NCBI GenBank assembly: GCA_963700635.1
Contig: CAVOYH010000003.1
Coordinates: 1,120,001 to 1,184,000, forward strand
Direction of reading: 5' to 3'
DNA length: 64,000 bases
From: an uncultured Bacteroidota bacterium
Lineage (GTDB): Bacteria; Bacteroidota; Ignavibacteria; UBA10030; UBA6906
Shown here piece after piece: positions 19,940 to 30,559 of the stretch. A program made the translations under genes and the position numbers. The notes below the pieces were generated by a model that was not told the origin of the DNA, made no database searches, and saw nothing but the letters and a program-made list of their open reading frames with translations. How positions within the stretch are numbered: position 1 is the first letter of the stretch; each line of letters opens with the position of its first letter.

Positions 19940-20683
19940 ATGCGGAGACGAATTGTGGTGAATTTGGGCAAATTTGTGTGCGTGATGTCGTTCACCGTGG
20001 CGATCGTCGGATGCGGATCGTCAAAAATATTCTTTGCCAATTTTGAAGCTGATGCTGTGGGCGGCCTTCCGGTTGAAAATCCACCCGGCGATCCTGCCGG
20101 AGATCTGATCTGGTTATCCACATCAACGCTGAATGGCATCGTGGCCGTCTCTAATTCGGGCGAACTCCCGGGCAAGACGATGCGCTACGCAAATGTGAAT
20201 GTCCCCCTCTACAACCGGTATGTCGGCTTCTTATCAAAGGAAGTGAGCCTCTCCTCCAATGCCAAGCTCTATGCGTACTGGAACGGGTATATTGTGAACG
20301 ACGTCAATGGTTCGGGACTGGAAATCTGGCTGGGGAATTCCCACTTCATGGCGCTTGCGCTGCTTCGCTTCAAGGACGGCAAAGTGTACTATCAAACCGG
20401 GCCTGGTTCGCCATCACCCTATGTCGAGGCGGGGACGTATGTCCCGAACAAGAGCCACTTCATTCTTATCACGGTGGACAAGGCGACATCCCAGTACACC
20501 GTCGGCATAATTCAATCGGGCGGCGGCGGGACAATCAACATCGGTCCACGGGCAGTGCTCAATGGCGCGGCGCTGGCGACATCACGCCCGACGCTCTATA
20601 TGCTCTATAACGAAGAAAAAAACGGAGCGGGAAAATATTTTATTGACAATGTGACGATCAGCGAGAAAGAACCGGATATGTAG
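19940..20683 (+). CDS. Hypothetical lipoprotein, beta-sandwich/ConA-like
   Basis: Lipobox IVGC, AGGAGG SD, beta-rich sequence ending YFIDNVTIS. Confidence 0.75.
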   Translation: MRRRIVVNLGKFVCVMSFTVAIVGCGSSKIFFANFEADAVGGLPVENPPGDPAGDLIWLSTSTLNGIVAVSNSGELPGKTMRYANVNVPLYNRYVGFLSKEVSLSSNAKLYAYWNGYIVNDVNGSGLEIWLGNSHFMALALLRFKDGKVYYQTGPGSPSPYVEAGTYVPNKSHFILITVDKATSQYTVGIIQSGGGGTINIGPRAVLNGAALATSRPTLYMLYNEEKNGAGKYFIDNVTISEKEPDM

Positions 20684-20732
20684 CGGGCCGAAAGAATCCA
20701 TGTCTGCGGCATGAAGGGCATGGCCGCGTACA

Positions 20733-20768
20733 CAAAGACCCCGGCAGCGACATCTGCCGGGGTCTTTG
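20733..20768. terminator. Bidirectional hairpin terminator
   Basis: Perfect 15-bp stem CAAAGACCCCGGCAG/CTGCCGGGGTCTTTG between convergent genes. Confidence 0.75.
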
Positions 20769-20826
20769 CTTTACACCCTGCACCCTTGAAAGTTCCTTGT
20801 TGTTTCGGGGACGGCGCCGGTCTTCC

Positions 20827-21912
20827 TTATGAATGCCGTATCGAAATAATATCTCCGTCCTTGACGCTGTATTCCTTCCCCTCCAGCCGCCACTGCCCGG
20901 CGTCCTTTGCTTTTGCAAAGGATCCTCCGTGGAGCACGAAGTCATCATTGTGAACAACCTCTGCGCGGATAAACTTGTTGAAAAAATCAGAATGGATGAC
21001 ACCGGCGGATTCCTGGGCATTCATGCCCTTGCGTATCGTCCATGCCCGGCATTCGTCCTCGCCAACAGTGAAGAACGACAGTAATCCGAGGAGCAGGTAG
21101 GCTTCGCGAATAAGCGTGTCGAGCGCAGACTCTTTGATGCCGTACTCCGCCATAAACGCGTTGGCCTCTTCTTCCGGGAGTTCGGACATTTCCATGTCAA
21201 TCTTTCCGAAGAATGAAAGGACCTTGGTCTGGGGTCCGGCCTTCTTTTGCGCCACCGCGGCAACCGCATCCGCAGCGATGTCCTGCTGATCTTCATCAAG
21301 ATTGAGAGCGATCAACATCGGTTTCATTGTGAGAAACTGATAGGTTTTCAGCAGGTGGAGTTCTTCTTTGAGGAAGGGTTCGTCCCGGAGAGGTTTTTCC
21401 TGTTCGAGCAGTTGAAGACATTTCTCCAGAAGAGGGAGCTCCCGTTTTAAGGTCTCGTCCTGCGTCTTGATCAGCTGTTTCCGGATCCTGTCGATGCGGG
21501 TCTCCAGCATGGCGAGGTCGGCCAGGATAAATTCTGTTTCAAAGGAGCTGACATCGCGGAGCATATCCACTGTGCCGTCGGGATGTGCGACAGTCTCATC
21601 GGTGAAGCCCCGGACCACCTGGATCAGCGCGTCGTTGTTTTTTACGTTGCCAAGGAAGTTCGTCGTAAATTGTGTCGACCCGGACTCCCCCTTTTTTAAT
21701 CCTATCACATCCACAAATTCTATTGTGGCGTGGACTGTGCGTTTTGGCGAAAACAGCTCAGTGAGTTTGTCCAGACGGGCGTCTGGAACCTTTACCACCC
21801 CGTGATGCGTTTCAGCCCGTGAAAGGGCTGCCGGATCGAGGTGAGTCCGCGTAATTGCCTGGAACAGGGTGGACTTGCCGGAAAAGGGCAGCCCGACGAT
21901 ACCGATCTGCAT
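20827..21912 (-). CDS. ychF: Redox-regulated ATPase YchF
   Basis: GIVGLPFSGKSTLF; C-terminal TGS-like FFTVG..RAWTI..AGVIHSDF..FIRAEV..RLEGKEY. Confidence 0.95.
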   Translation of the reverse strand: MQIGIVGLPFSGKSTLFQAITRTHLDPAALSRAETHHGVVKVPDARLDKLTELFSPKRTVHATIEFVDVIGLKKGESGSTQFTTNFLGNVKNNDALIQVVRGFTDETVAHPDGTVDMLRDVSSFETEFILADLAMLETRIDRIRKQLIKTQDETLKRELPLLEKCLQLLEQEKPLRDEPFLKEELHLLKTYQFLTMKPMLIALNLDEDQQDIAADAVAAVAQKKAGPQTKVLSFFGKIDMEMSELPEEEANAFMAEYGIKESALDTLIREAYLLLGLLSFFTVGEDECRAWTIRKGMNAQESAGVIHSDFFNKFIRAEVVHNDDFVLHGGSFAKAKDAGQWRLEGKEYSVKDGDIISIRHS

Positions 21913-22078
21913 GAGAGAGCTCGTTTTATGGAGGGGAACATCTCAAGATACAAAATTGCCGGGATTTATGCTGGGGAGGAGAGGGGCGCTGTGTGCGAAT
22001 TGAGTTATCCTGTCCATGCGCAACTTTCTGCGCCCATTTTTCGTTACGTTCTGTATCATTGTTCAGGAGATTCGGCAC

Positions 22079-22744
22079 ATGTTCCTCGGTCATTATGCAG
22101 TCGCCTTGGCGGCAAAAAAAGCAGCACCCCAAACTTCCCTGGGGACACTCTTCATCGGCGCCCAGTTTATTGATCTGCTGTGGCCCATCTTCTTGCTCGC
22201 CGGTGTGGAACACGTACGGCTGGATCCGGGCAATACCGCGGTGACTCCCCTGGATTTTTACCACTATCCTTACTCCCATAGTCTACTCGGCGTGGTGCTC
22301 TGGTCCGTGGCGCTTGGTGGCGTGTACTACGGAATCCGCCGTTCGTGGCGCGGCTCCCTTGTACTGGGGGGAGCGGTGCTGAGCCACTGGGTACTGGACC
22401 TGCTCACGCACCGTCCTGATTTGCCTCTCGGTTTTTCCGGTGACGCGCGCGCCGGTTTCGGACTCTGGAATTCACTTCCACTCACGATGATCGTGGAGCT
22501 GGGGATGTTTGCCGGCGGATTGGCGCTGTATCTCCGCTCAACGGAGAAGAAGGACGGGATAGGCGTGTACGGGCTGTGGGCGCTTGTTCTTGTGCTTGCC
22601 GGAATTTATCTGGCGAATCTCTTCGGGCCCCCTCCCCCGAATGTTGAGATGATCGGTGTTGCGGCGAATGCAAGCTGGCTGTTCGTGTTGTGGGCGTACT
22701 GGGTGGACCGACACCGGCGCACAGACGATGGTCCTTCTGCTTGA
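22079..22744 (+). CDS. Membrane-bound metal-dependent hydrolase family protein
   Basis: MFLGH, YPYSHSL and SHWVLDLLTHRPD motifs; multiple TM helices. Confidence 0.8.
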   Translation: MFLGHYAVALAAKKAAPQTSLGTLFIGAQFIDLLWPIFLLAGVEHVRLDPGNTAVTPLDFYHYPYSHSLLGVVLWSVALGGVYYGIRRSWRGSLVLGGAVLSHWVLDLLTHRPDLPLGFSGDARAGFGLWNSLPLTMIVELGMFAGGLALYLRSTEKKDGIGVYGLWALVLVLAGIYLANLFGPPPPNVEMIGVAANASWLFVLWAYWVDRHRRTDDGPSA

Positions 22745-22769
22745 CTCCAATTCTCCCGAATCGTATCAT
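22741..22769 (+). promoter_or_regulatory. Sigma70-type promoter
   Basis: TTGACT-N17-TATCAT upstream of 22848. Confidence 0.6.
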
Positions 22770-22847
22770 GTACCACTTCAATCCCACGACGGGTTGCGCG
22801 GTGGGAGTAACGAGAGGGAACACATTTTTTTTCGAAAGGGTGTATGC

Positions 22848-23399
22848 ATGAAATACCTCACAGCAATCGCTCTGGCTGCAGGGCTTTTTGTGTTCGGGGG
22901 ATGTACAAAAGACACGACCGGAACAGCCGAATTGGGTGAACTTAAGGGAAGTGTTGCGGGAGTGACATGGGGCGTCCCGAAACGGTGGGCTGCAGCCGCG
23001 GAGCGTCCGATGCGCGTGGCGACCTACACAATTCCGGCGGCAGAGGGTGATACGGAAGGCGCCGAGTGCGGGGTGTTTTATTTTGGTCCGGACCAGGGAG
23101 GATTGGTCGATGCGAATATCGACCGGTGGGTTGGACAGTTTGAGCCCACGGACGGACCACATAAATCCACGAAAGAAGTGCACGGCATGAAGGTCACGAT
23201 TGTGCAGATCGGGGGAGCATACCTGAATCCCTCCGGACCGATGATGCAGTCAATGGGAAAGAAAGAAGGGTTCCGTCTTCTGGGTGCCATTGTTGACGGT
23301 CCGCAGGGATCCGTGTTCTTCAAACTGACCGGTCCGGCAAAGGGCATCGCAGCAGCTGAGGCAGAATTTGATACGCTGGTCGGGTCTCTCGCGAAGTAG
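22848..23399 (+). CDS. Hypothetical lipoprotein
   Basis: Lipobox FGGC; GGLVDANIDRWVGQF and FFKLTGP motifs. Confidence 0.78.
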   Translation: MKYLTAIALAAGLFVFGGCTKDTTGTAELGELKGSVAGVTWGVPKRWAAAAERPMRVATYTIPAAEGDTEGAECGVFYFGPDQGGLVDANIDRWVGQFEPTDGPHKSTKEVHGMKVTIVQIGGAYLNPSGPMMQSMGKKEGFRLLGAIVDGPQGSVFFKLTGPAKGIAAAEAEFDTLVGSLAK

Positions 23400-23453
23400 T
23401 ATCGATCGTGGAGATCCGGGCATGCCTGATGGACCGAAAGTTGTAGAGTGAAG

Positions 23454-23485
23454 AACCCGGGAGGGAGTGCAAAACCTCCCGGGTT
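23454..23485. terminator. Bidirectional hairpin terminator
   Basis: AACCCGGGAGG/CCTCCCGGGTT stem between convergent genes. Confidence 0.7.
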
Positions 23486-24378
23486 TACCGCAGAGTCGCG
23501 ATGCGCACACCGAGCAGAGTCACACCTCCCCCGAGTAATACGGCCAAGGTCACCGGTTCTCCCAGTATGGACGCCGCAACGAACATGGTAATCAGCGGTT
23601 CGACATAGAGCATACTCCCCACCTGAGCCACCGGCAGGGCCTTGAGTGCATCGTACCAGAAGATGTACGCGAGTCCGGAACAGAGTATCCCCAGAAACAG
23701 CATTGCACCCCACCCTTCCACGCTGAGGCGTGTGATCTCCGCGGGTCCGTCCGTGAGCACCCACGGAATCGTGCAGAAAATCCAGCCGCTTCCCATCACA
23801 TACAGCATCATGGGCGCAGCCCGGTGGCGGTACAGGCCCTTCCGCGAATATACGGAAAACAGGGCCCACGTGATGGTGCTGAGTCCGACAAGAATATCTC
23901 CCGGTGCCCCGAACGCACCCCGTGCGAGCAGATGCCAATCGCCGCGGGAAACGACGAGCAGAACGCCAAGCGCCCCGATGACGATGCCCATGAGGTGTTT
24001 TCTGCGGAGAGGCTCATCGAGGACGATCCTGCTCACGAGTGCGATGACCAGCGGTATGGCCGCGACTATCCATGCTGTTGTGGATGCCAGTGCGGTCACG
24101 AGTCCGGCCGCCTGCAACCACTGGTGAAGGGTAATCCCGAGAGCGCCGAGGAGGATAAAAAAGCGCAGGTCATCCCGTTTGGGGAGAAAAAACTCCCGGC
24201 GCAGCGGGACAGCGATGCCGAGCACTGCAACGCCCATCCCTGTTCTGAGCCAGATGACGGTCAGCGGACTGAGCTCCCACAGAGCGATTTTTGTCGCTAT
24301 GAATGATGCCCCCCAGACAATGACTGCGAACAGTGCGCTGGCGTATGCCCGTCCGGGCGAGTCTGCAGCGCTGTTCAC
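23485..24378 (-). CDS. DMT/EamA family transporter
   Basis: About 10 TM helices, IVWGASFIATK, duplicated EamA pattern. Confidence 0.9.
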   Translation of the reverse strand: MNSAADSPGRAYASALFAVIVWGASFIATKIALWELSPLTVIWLRTGMGVAVLGIAVPLRREFFLPKRDDLRFFILLGALGITLHQWLQAAGLVTALASTTAWIVAAIPLVIALVSRIVLDEPLRRKHLMGIVIGALGVLLVVSRGDWHLLARGAFGAPGDILVGLSTITWALFSVYSRKGLYRHRAAPMMLYVMGSGWIFCTIPWVLTDGPAEITRLSVEGWGAMLFLGILCSGLAYIFWYDALKALPVAQVGSMLYVEPLITMFVAASILGEPVTLAVLLGGGVTLLGVRIATLR

Positions 24379-24677
24379 CTGTTTGTTCTGGCAGCGAGAA
24401 GCGTATTCACCCGGCCAGCAAACTCCACGTCATACTGTGTGATGCCTCCGGCATCATGTGTGGAAAGATCAATCGTTACCCGTCCATAAACGTTTGACCA
24501 TTCCGGGTGATGGTTCAGGCCTTCGGCTACGAGCGCGACACTGCTCATAAATCCGAATGCCTCTACAAAGGAAGGAAAATGGATTGTCCGGTGCAGTTTG
24601 CCGGCAGACACAGTCCAGTCAGGGAGCTTTTTCAGCGATTCTTGAATCTGCTCTTCCGAAAGTCGTTCTCGCTTCAT
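24375..24677 (-). CDS. phhB: Pterin-4-alpha-carbinolamine dehydratase
   Basis: NHHPEWSNVY..LSTHDAGGIT..D motif. Confidence 0.92.
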   Translation of the reverse strand: MKRERLSEEQIQESLKKLPDWTVSAGKLHRTIHFPSFVEAFGFMSSVALVAEGLNHHPEWSNVYGRVTIDLSTHDAGGITQYDVEFAGRVNTLLAARTNR

Positions 24678-24811
24678 GGTCGTCCCGTCAGGTAGTTGTT
24701 GTTTGTGTATGGTAGATCAAAAGTCGTTTGTATGCAAGTGTCGGGCGTATGGTCTTCCATGCATCTTTCCGGTGTCTTATGTATATTTCTTCATCACGGA
24801 AGGTACACCCC

Positions 24812-26323
24812 ATGGCGATTCTGGCTGCACTTGATGTAGGTTCCAACGCAATGCGGCTGGCCGTTGCGAGTGTCGATGCGGAACGTAATATCACGATCCT
24901 CGACATGGTACGTGAACCGGTTCGTCTCGGCCAGGATGTCTTCACTACAGGAACGATCGCGGAACAGACGATTGAGACTGCCACCGAGGCCTTTCTGCGC
25001 TTCCGTGAAGTCATCAAACGCCATGATGCCCGCTGGACAAGGGCCGTCGCCACGAGCGCGCTGCGTGAGTCGCTCAATCAGGAACTGTTTGTCGACAGGA
25101 TTTCCCAGTCGACAGGCATCGACGTGGAGGTGATTGCTCCGGAGGAAGAAGCCAGGCTTATTTATGCTGCCGTTCTGGCGCGTGTGAATCTGCGTAACAA
25201 GCTGGCGGTGCTTGTGGATATCGGCGGGGGAAGCACGGAAATCACCCTTGCTTCCGACGAAGGGATTCTCTCTACGGAAAGTTACCGGATGGGGGCAGTG
25301 CGCCTTATGCGCACGCTCGGAGAACACGCGCATGGCGAACACCACATCCATCAGCTGATTCAGGAGTACGTAGAGGGTACACAGAAACGTATCCGGAGGG
25401 AGCTGGGCGGGAGGAAGATAGACCTGTGTATCGGCACAGGGGGGAATATGGAGGCATTGGGCGATCTGCGTTGCCAGGAGCTGGGCCGCGATCGGGACAA
25501 CGTCCTGCCTGCACAGGATCTGAAGGCCCTGCTTAAACGTCTGATGAGTCTCTCGTACGAAGAGCGCGTACAACAGCTTCACCTCCGTCCGGACCGCGCT
25601 GATGTGATCATTCCCGCTTCTCTGATAATCCAGAAGATCATGCAGCTTGCGAATGTAACCGAGTTGACGATTCCCCGTGTGGGGCTGAAGGATGGGCTGC
25701 TGGCGGACATGGTGGAAGAGCTGTACGGCGAACGGAAGGCATTACGCCGTGATCAGGTGGTGGCTTCTGCATTACAGGTTGGCAGGAAGTACCAGTTTGA
25801 TGAACCCCATGCCACAACGGTTTCACGATTCGCGGTACAACTGTTTGACAGGACGCGCGAACTGCACCATCTCGGTCTGGAACATCGATTGCTTCTGGAG
25901 GTCGCGGCGCTGGTGCATGATATCGGCGGCTTCGTGGAGGCTGCGGACCACCACAAGCATTCTCAGTATCTCCTCCTGGCTTCACCCATCGTTGGCCTTA
26001 CGCGTGATCAGGTTGTCATTGTGGCGAATATCGCGCGGTACCACCGGAAATCGATGCCGAAGCCACAACACGAATATTACCGCATGCTCTCATCCCGTGA
26101 CAAAGTCGTTGTTTCTAAGCTGGCTGCATTGCTCCGGCTGGCTGATGCGCTGGACAATGAGCACGCATCGAAGGTATCAGAATTCGAGGTGGAATACCGG
26201 AAACCCCGGTTCAGCATCCGTTTGTCGGGAGAGGGTGATCTGCTGCTGGAGAAGTGGGCCCTGGCCAAAAAAGCACAGATGTTCGAGGAGGTGTTCAGTG
26301 TCAAATTCACCGTTGCGGAATAA
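24812..26323 (+). CDS. ppx: Ppx/GppA exopolyphosphatase with HD domain
   Basis: DVGSNAMRL, ATSALRE, DIGGGSTE, DRADVI, LVHDIG and LRLADALD motifs. Confidence 0.92.
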   Translation: MAILAALDVGSNAMRLAVASVDAERNITILDMVREPVRLGQDVFTTGTIAEQTIETATEAFLRFREVIKRHDARWTRAVATSALRESLNQELFVDRISQSTGIDVEVIAPEEEARLIYAAVLARVNLRNKLAVLVDIGGGSTEITLASDEGILSTESYRMGAVRLMRTLGEHAHGEHHIHQLIQEYVEGTQKRIRRELGGRKIDLCIGTGGNMEALGDLRCQELGRDRDNVLPAQDLKALLKRLMSLSYEERVQQLHLRPDRADVIIPASLIIQKIMQLANVTELTIPRVGLKDGLLADMVEELYGERKALRRDQVVASALQVGRKYQFDEPHATTVSRFAVQLFDRTRELHHLGLEHRLLLEVAALVHDIGGFVEAADHHKHSQYLLLASPIVGLTRDQVVIVANIARYHRKSMPKPQHEYYRMLSSRDKVVVSKLAALLRLADALDNEHASKVSEFEVEYRKPRFSIRLSGEGDLLLEKWALAKKAQMFEEVFSVKFTVAE

Positions 26324-26432
26324 GCGCCTGGCGCGCAGGGTCCGGCCGGCCGGTGCGCACGTAAGGAGCGCCGGGAAGACGGAGCGGGAATCCGTTCCCC
26401 CGTCCGGCGTCTGTGTGCATTTGAGTCGGGCA

Positions 26433-27245
26433 ATGGAGGAGCGGCGTGACGTGTTCTACCGCCAGCTGGTGAAGGTGCGCCGCCGTGCGGGTGAAACGGC
26501 AATCCACGATCTGCGTGTTGCGCTGCGCCGCCTGATTGCAGCAATCAATCTTGCAGAAGAGGTCGTGCCGCGTACCCGCATCCCCAAAGTTCGCCGATCT
26601 CTCCGCAGAGCGCTCAAGCAGTTTAATGCGATCCGGGATGTGCACATCGCCCTGCTCGCGATAAAAAGAATCCAGCGCCCATCGCCGCCCGTCCGCTCGT
26701 ACAGTCTCTCGCTGCGCAGGAAAGAACGGACGTTACTACGGGAGTGCGCTGCATTTCTCCGGTCAATGAACGTGCAGGACATCGACCGTGAACTTGCCGC
26801 AGTCCAGCAGTCGTTGCTGGTGATGAGCACGGATCGGGTACTTGATGCGGCAGCTGCTGCAATCATGAAAGGCACTCTGGCCAGGGACTTTTCACATGCG
26901 GTACGGCTGCAGAAGGCTGTGACGGCGTCCGATCCTTCAAGTGTGCACCGGCTTCGTGTAGCATTCAAAAAAGTCCGTTATGCGTCCGAAGTACTTGCAC
27001 CGTTACTCCCCTGGATAACGCGGAGCCGGCGCAAGTGGATGCAGGCCTATCAGACTTCGATGGGGGATGTACAGGATAGTGAGGTGAAGATCGCCAGTGT
27101 GCAGCAGTTCGCCTCAACACCCTCAATCCGCAATCGTGTTTCCGTGTTACCCCTTCTGGAGACGCTCGCCCGCGAAAAGCGGGAACGAATGGAAGCGTTT
27201 ATGCAGAGGGCGGGGGAACTGGATGCATTCTGGGATGAGGCATAG
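26433..27245 (+). CDS. CHAD domain (polyphosphate-binding) protein; start uncertain
   Basis: IHDLRVALRRL, VHRLRVAFKKVRYASE and MGDVQD motifs; follows ppx. Confidence 0.85.
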   Translation: MEERRDVFYRQLVKVRRRAGETAIHDLRVALRRLIAAINLAEEVVPRTRIPKVRRSLRRALKQFNAIRDVHIALLAIKRIQRPSPPVRSYSLSLRRKERTLLRECAAFLRSMNVQDIDRELAAVQQSLLVMSTDRVLDAAAAAIMKGTLARDFSHAVRLQKAVTASDPSSVHRLRVAFKKVRYASEVLAPLLPWITRSRRKWMQAYQTSMGDVQDSEVKIASVQQFASTPSIRNRVSVLPLLETLAREKRERMEAFMQRAGELDAFWDEA

Positions 27246-28317
27246 GGGAACCGTACGCCGGAACCTGCAGAGAAGTTTCCCCCGTTTCCAGTTCAAGCAA
27301 TCGCTGTTTCCGCCACAAGCCTCCGCCGTAGCCACCGAGAGTTCCGCCTTTCTTAACCACGCGGTGACAGGGAATGATTATGGCGATGCGGTTGAGGCCG
27401 TTTGCATGCCCGACCGCGCGCTGGCCCCGGGGCGCCTTGATCCGGTCTGCAAGTTCTTCGTAGGAAATCGTTTTGCCGTAGGGGATCTTCAGGAGTCCCT
27501 TCCACACGCGTCTCTGAAATTCACTGCCCGGGAACTCCAGGGGGACGGTAAAACGTTTGAGCGTGCCGCTAAAATACCGGACGAGTTCATCGCGCACCGA
27601 GCGGAGTATCGGATTGTCTCCGGGAACAATCGGACGTTTGAAGAGCTTCCGGAGGGATACAAATTGGGCTTCCAGCATCCTGCGATCCGTGAATTCAAGC
27701 AAGACCAGGTGTTTGTCAGTCGCCCCGGCGATGAGCGGGCCCAGCGGGCTCTCGATCCATGTGACAAGAAGACATTCCGTCCGCCTTGCTTTTCCCGGCG
27801 GTGCACCGAACGTCCGGGAGAAGGCCTCCCGGAATCCACTGTGGGATTCATAACCATGGCCCAGGGTCACGTCGTCGAGGCTCCGGCCTTTCCGTATTTG
27901 TTCGAGCGCATTGCCCAGCCTTCTCCCCCGACAATATGCCTGAAACGTCATACCGTAGTTTTTCTGGAAGTAGCGCCGTGCGCGGGCGGGGTCAAGGCCC
28001 AGGGTGCGTATGGTCGCGTCTGATATACGCTGGCTGGAGGAGCGGTCCACGCGCGCGAGCAGTCGCCGGACCCAGTGGGGTGGTTCGCCTGCGGCGCTCA
28101 TCGGGTTGCACCGTTTACAGGGGCGATAGCCGGCAAACACGGCTTCGCGGGCCGTGGCAAAATAATCGACATTTTTCGGGAGGGGTTTACGCGCTCCGCA
28201 GGATGGTCTGCAGAATATTCCCGTGGTGCGGACGCCGAGAAAAAAGACACCATCATAGGTGACGTCGCTGTGCAGATAGGCGCGTTTCATTTCCGGGCGT
28301 GTTGGCAGTGTTGGCAT
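27199..28317 (-). CDS. ada: Bifunctional Ada transcriptional activator / O6-methylguanine-DNA methyltransferase
   Basis: Zn site FCRPSC..PCKRC, AraC-type HTH (GYESHSGFREAF), active site IPCHRV. Confidence 0.92.
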   Translation of the reverse strand: MPTLPTRPEMKRAYLHSDVTYDGVFFLGVRTTGIFCRPSCGARKPLPKNVDYFATAREAVFAGYRPCKRCNPMSAAGEPPHWVRRLLARVDRSSSQRISDATIRTLGLDPARARRYFQKNYGMTFQAYCRGRRLGNALEQIRKGRSLDDVTLGHGYESHSGFREAFSRTFGAPPGKARRTECLLVTWIESPLGPLIAGATDKHLVLLEFTDRRMLEAQFVSLRKLFKRPIVPGDNPILRSVRDELVRYFSGTLKRFTVPLEFPGSEFQRRVWKGLLKIPYGKTISYEELADRIKAPRGQRAVGHANGLNRIAIIIPCHRVVKKGGTLGGYGGGLWRKQRLLELETGETSLQVPAYGSPMPHPRMHPVPPPSA

Positions 28318-28635
28318 ACCTCTCTCTCCTTGAGTTCTGAAACGGGGCACCTGGCCGCAAACCCCGCTGATGTTCAGACCAACAATCGGCCCTGAGCCAG
28401 CGGGGTGAATACAGGATACTGTTCCGGGCGGCCAGAGTCCACCGATAAATGTACAACAATGTTCAAAAGGGATTCCACGCGGGTTAACCAAAATGGCGGT
28501 AGGTGTGTCTAATGGGTGTACCGGTGGATCAAATGGGATACCTGCACGACGCGTGGCTTCTTTGATTTCACCCGCCATTTTTGTAAATTTCACGTTCGAT
28601 TGTACAACATATTCCCTGTGACACCTGGAGGCTCC

Positions 28636-29625
28636 ATGGCATTCGACATCAAGGCCATCAATGAAAAAATCCAGCGCGAAAGCGCTTTTGTTGACATTCT
28701 GCAGGCTGAACTCGGGAAGGTCATCGTCGGCCAGAAATACATGGTTGAACGCCTCCTTGTCGGGCTCCTCTCGAACGGCCACATTCTTCTGGAAGGGGTG
28801 CCCGGGCTTGCAAAGACCCTGAGCGTCAAAACCCTGGCCGCCGCCATCCACGCAAAATTCCAGCGTATTCAGTTCACTCCTGACCTGCTTCCGGCCGATC
28901 TGGTCGGCACCATGATCTACAATCAGAAAGATGCCTCCTTCCAGACCAAAAAAGGACCGATATTCGCCAATTTTATTCTGGCCGATGAAATCAACCGCTC
29001 GCCTGCCAAAGTCCAGAGCGCTCTTCTCGAAGCAATGCAGGAGCGCCAGGTGACAATCGGCGAGAACACCTACAAACTTCCGGAGCCGTTTCTTGTCCTT
29101 GCCACACAGAACCCGATCGAACAGGAAGGGACCTATCCGCTTCCGGAGGCGCAGGTGGACCGGTTCATGCTCAAAGTGAAGATTGGATATCCGTCGAAAG
29201 AGGAGGAACTGCAGATCATGCGGACGAATGTGAGCGGACTTGTGGCAGTGCCCACGGCGGTTGTGAAGACCGATGACATCATTCGCGCACGGGCTGCGGT
29301 GGGTGAGATCTATATGGATGAGAAAATCGAGAAATACATCCTCGACATAGTTTTTGCGACACGGTCACCCAAGCAGTACAACCTGGCCAACCTGACGCAG
29401 CTTATCAGTTACGGTGCTTCACCCCGGGCGTCGATCAATCTTGCCCTTGGAGCGAAGGCTTACGCATTCATCAAACGCCGCGGCTACGTCATCCCTGAGG
29501 ATGTGCGTGCCGTGAGTCTCGACGTCCTCCGGCATCGTGTGGCGGTGACTTACGAAGCCGAAGCGGAAGAAGTGACGTCGGAACAGGTGGTGCAGGAAGT
29601 TTTGAACAAAATCGAAGTGCCATAA
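28636..29625 (+). CDS. moxR: MoxR family AAA+ ATPase
   Basis: GVPGLAKT, RIQFTPDLLPAD, DEINR and ATQNPIEQEGTYPLPEAQVDRF motifs. Confidence 0.95.
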   Translation: MAFDIKAINEKIQRESAFVDILQAELGKVIVGQKYMVERLLVGLLSNGHILLEGVPGLAKTLSVKTLAAAIHAKFQRIQFTPDLLPADLVGTMIYNQKDASFQTKKGPIFANFILADEINRSPAKVQSALLEAMQERQVTIGENTYKLPEPFLVLATQNPIEQEGTYPLPEAQVDRFMLKVKIGYPSKEEELQIMRTNVSGLVAVPTAVVKTDDIIRARAAVGEIYMDEKIEKYILDIVFATRSPKQYNLANLTQLISYGASPRASINLALGAKAYAFIKRRGYVIPEDVRAVSLDVLRHRVAVTYEAEAEEVTSEQVVQEVLNKIEVP

Positions 29626-29683
29626 GAGAATAACGACGGGCCGAGAGACGCAACAGGCGGTCTTTTTCAGCCCGGTCTTCCCC

Positions 29684-30559
29684 ATGGACACACGAGAACT
29701 TCTCAAAAAGGTCCGGCAGATCGAGATCAAGACCCGCGGTCTTGTGAACCAGATCTTCTCCGGCGAATACCACTCCGTCTTCAAGGGACGGGGGATGGAA
29801 TTTTCCGAGGTGCGCGAGTATCAGTATGGCGACGATATCCGGAGCATCGACTGGAACGTCTCGGCACGCCTCAACCATCCTTTTGTCAAGATCTTCGAAG
29901 AGGAACGGGAACTGACGGTGATGCTGGTTGTGGATTTCAGCAGGTCGGGTCAGTTCGGCAGCGCGCAGTCGATGAAGATCGAGATCGCGGCCGAAATCTG
30001 TGCGGTGCTGGCGTTCTCCGCCATCAAGAACAATGACAAGGTCGGTCTTATCCTCTTTACCGACCGGATCGAGAAGTTTGTTCCTCCGAAAAAGGGGCGT
30101 GCACACATCCTGCGTATTATCCGCGAACTCCTTTCCTTCGAAGCGGTCGGAACCGGTACCAGCATACGGAGTGCGCTGGAATATCTGAATCACGTCCACA
30201 AAAAGCGCGCTATTGCTTTTTTGATATCCGATTTTATTGACGAGGGGTACGACCAGATCCTCCGCATCATCAGCCGCAAGCACGATATGATCGCGGTGGA
30301 GCTTGTGGATCCACGGGAAGAGATTCTTCCTGATGCCGGGTTGATCAAGTTCAAAGATGCAGAAACCGGCAACGAACGGTGGGTGGATACCGCCGATCAT
30401 GCCGTCCGCGCAGCATTTGTCCAGTACTGGAAGGAACGAAAAGAACGGCGACGTAGTCTCTTTCTCCGGAGTAAGGTCGACGCAATCCCCGTGCGGATCG
30501 ATCGTCCGTACATTAAGCCGATTGTCGATTTCTTCAAACTCCGGGAGAGCAGGTTGTGA
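29684..30559 (+). CDS. DUF58 domain protein
   Basis: GRGMEFSEVREYQYGDDIRSIDWNV and FLISDF motifs. Confidence 0.93.
   Translation: MDTRELLKKVRQIEIKTRGLVNQIFSGEYHSVFKGRGMEFSEVREYQYGDDIRSIDWNVSARLNHPFVKIFEEERELTVMLVVDFSRSGQFGSAQSMKIEIAAEICAVLAFSAIKNNDKVGLILFTDRIEKFVPPKKGRAHILRIIRELLSFEAVGTGTSIRSALEYLNHVHKKRAIAFLISDFIDEGYDQILRIISRKHDMIAVELVDPREEILPDAGLIKFKDAETGNERWVDTADHAVRAAFVQYWKERKERRRSLFLRSKVDAIPVRIDRPYIKPIVDFFKLRESRL

Noticed and set aside
25692-26432. N-terminal extensions of ORF-track calls (CHAD from 25692, ada from 28851, lplA from 37764)
   Set aside because: They overlap neighbouring real genes; family motifs and SD sites begin further downstream.
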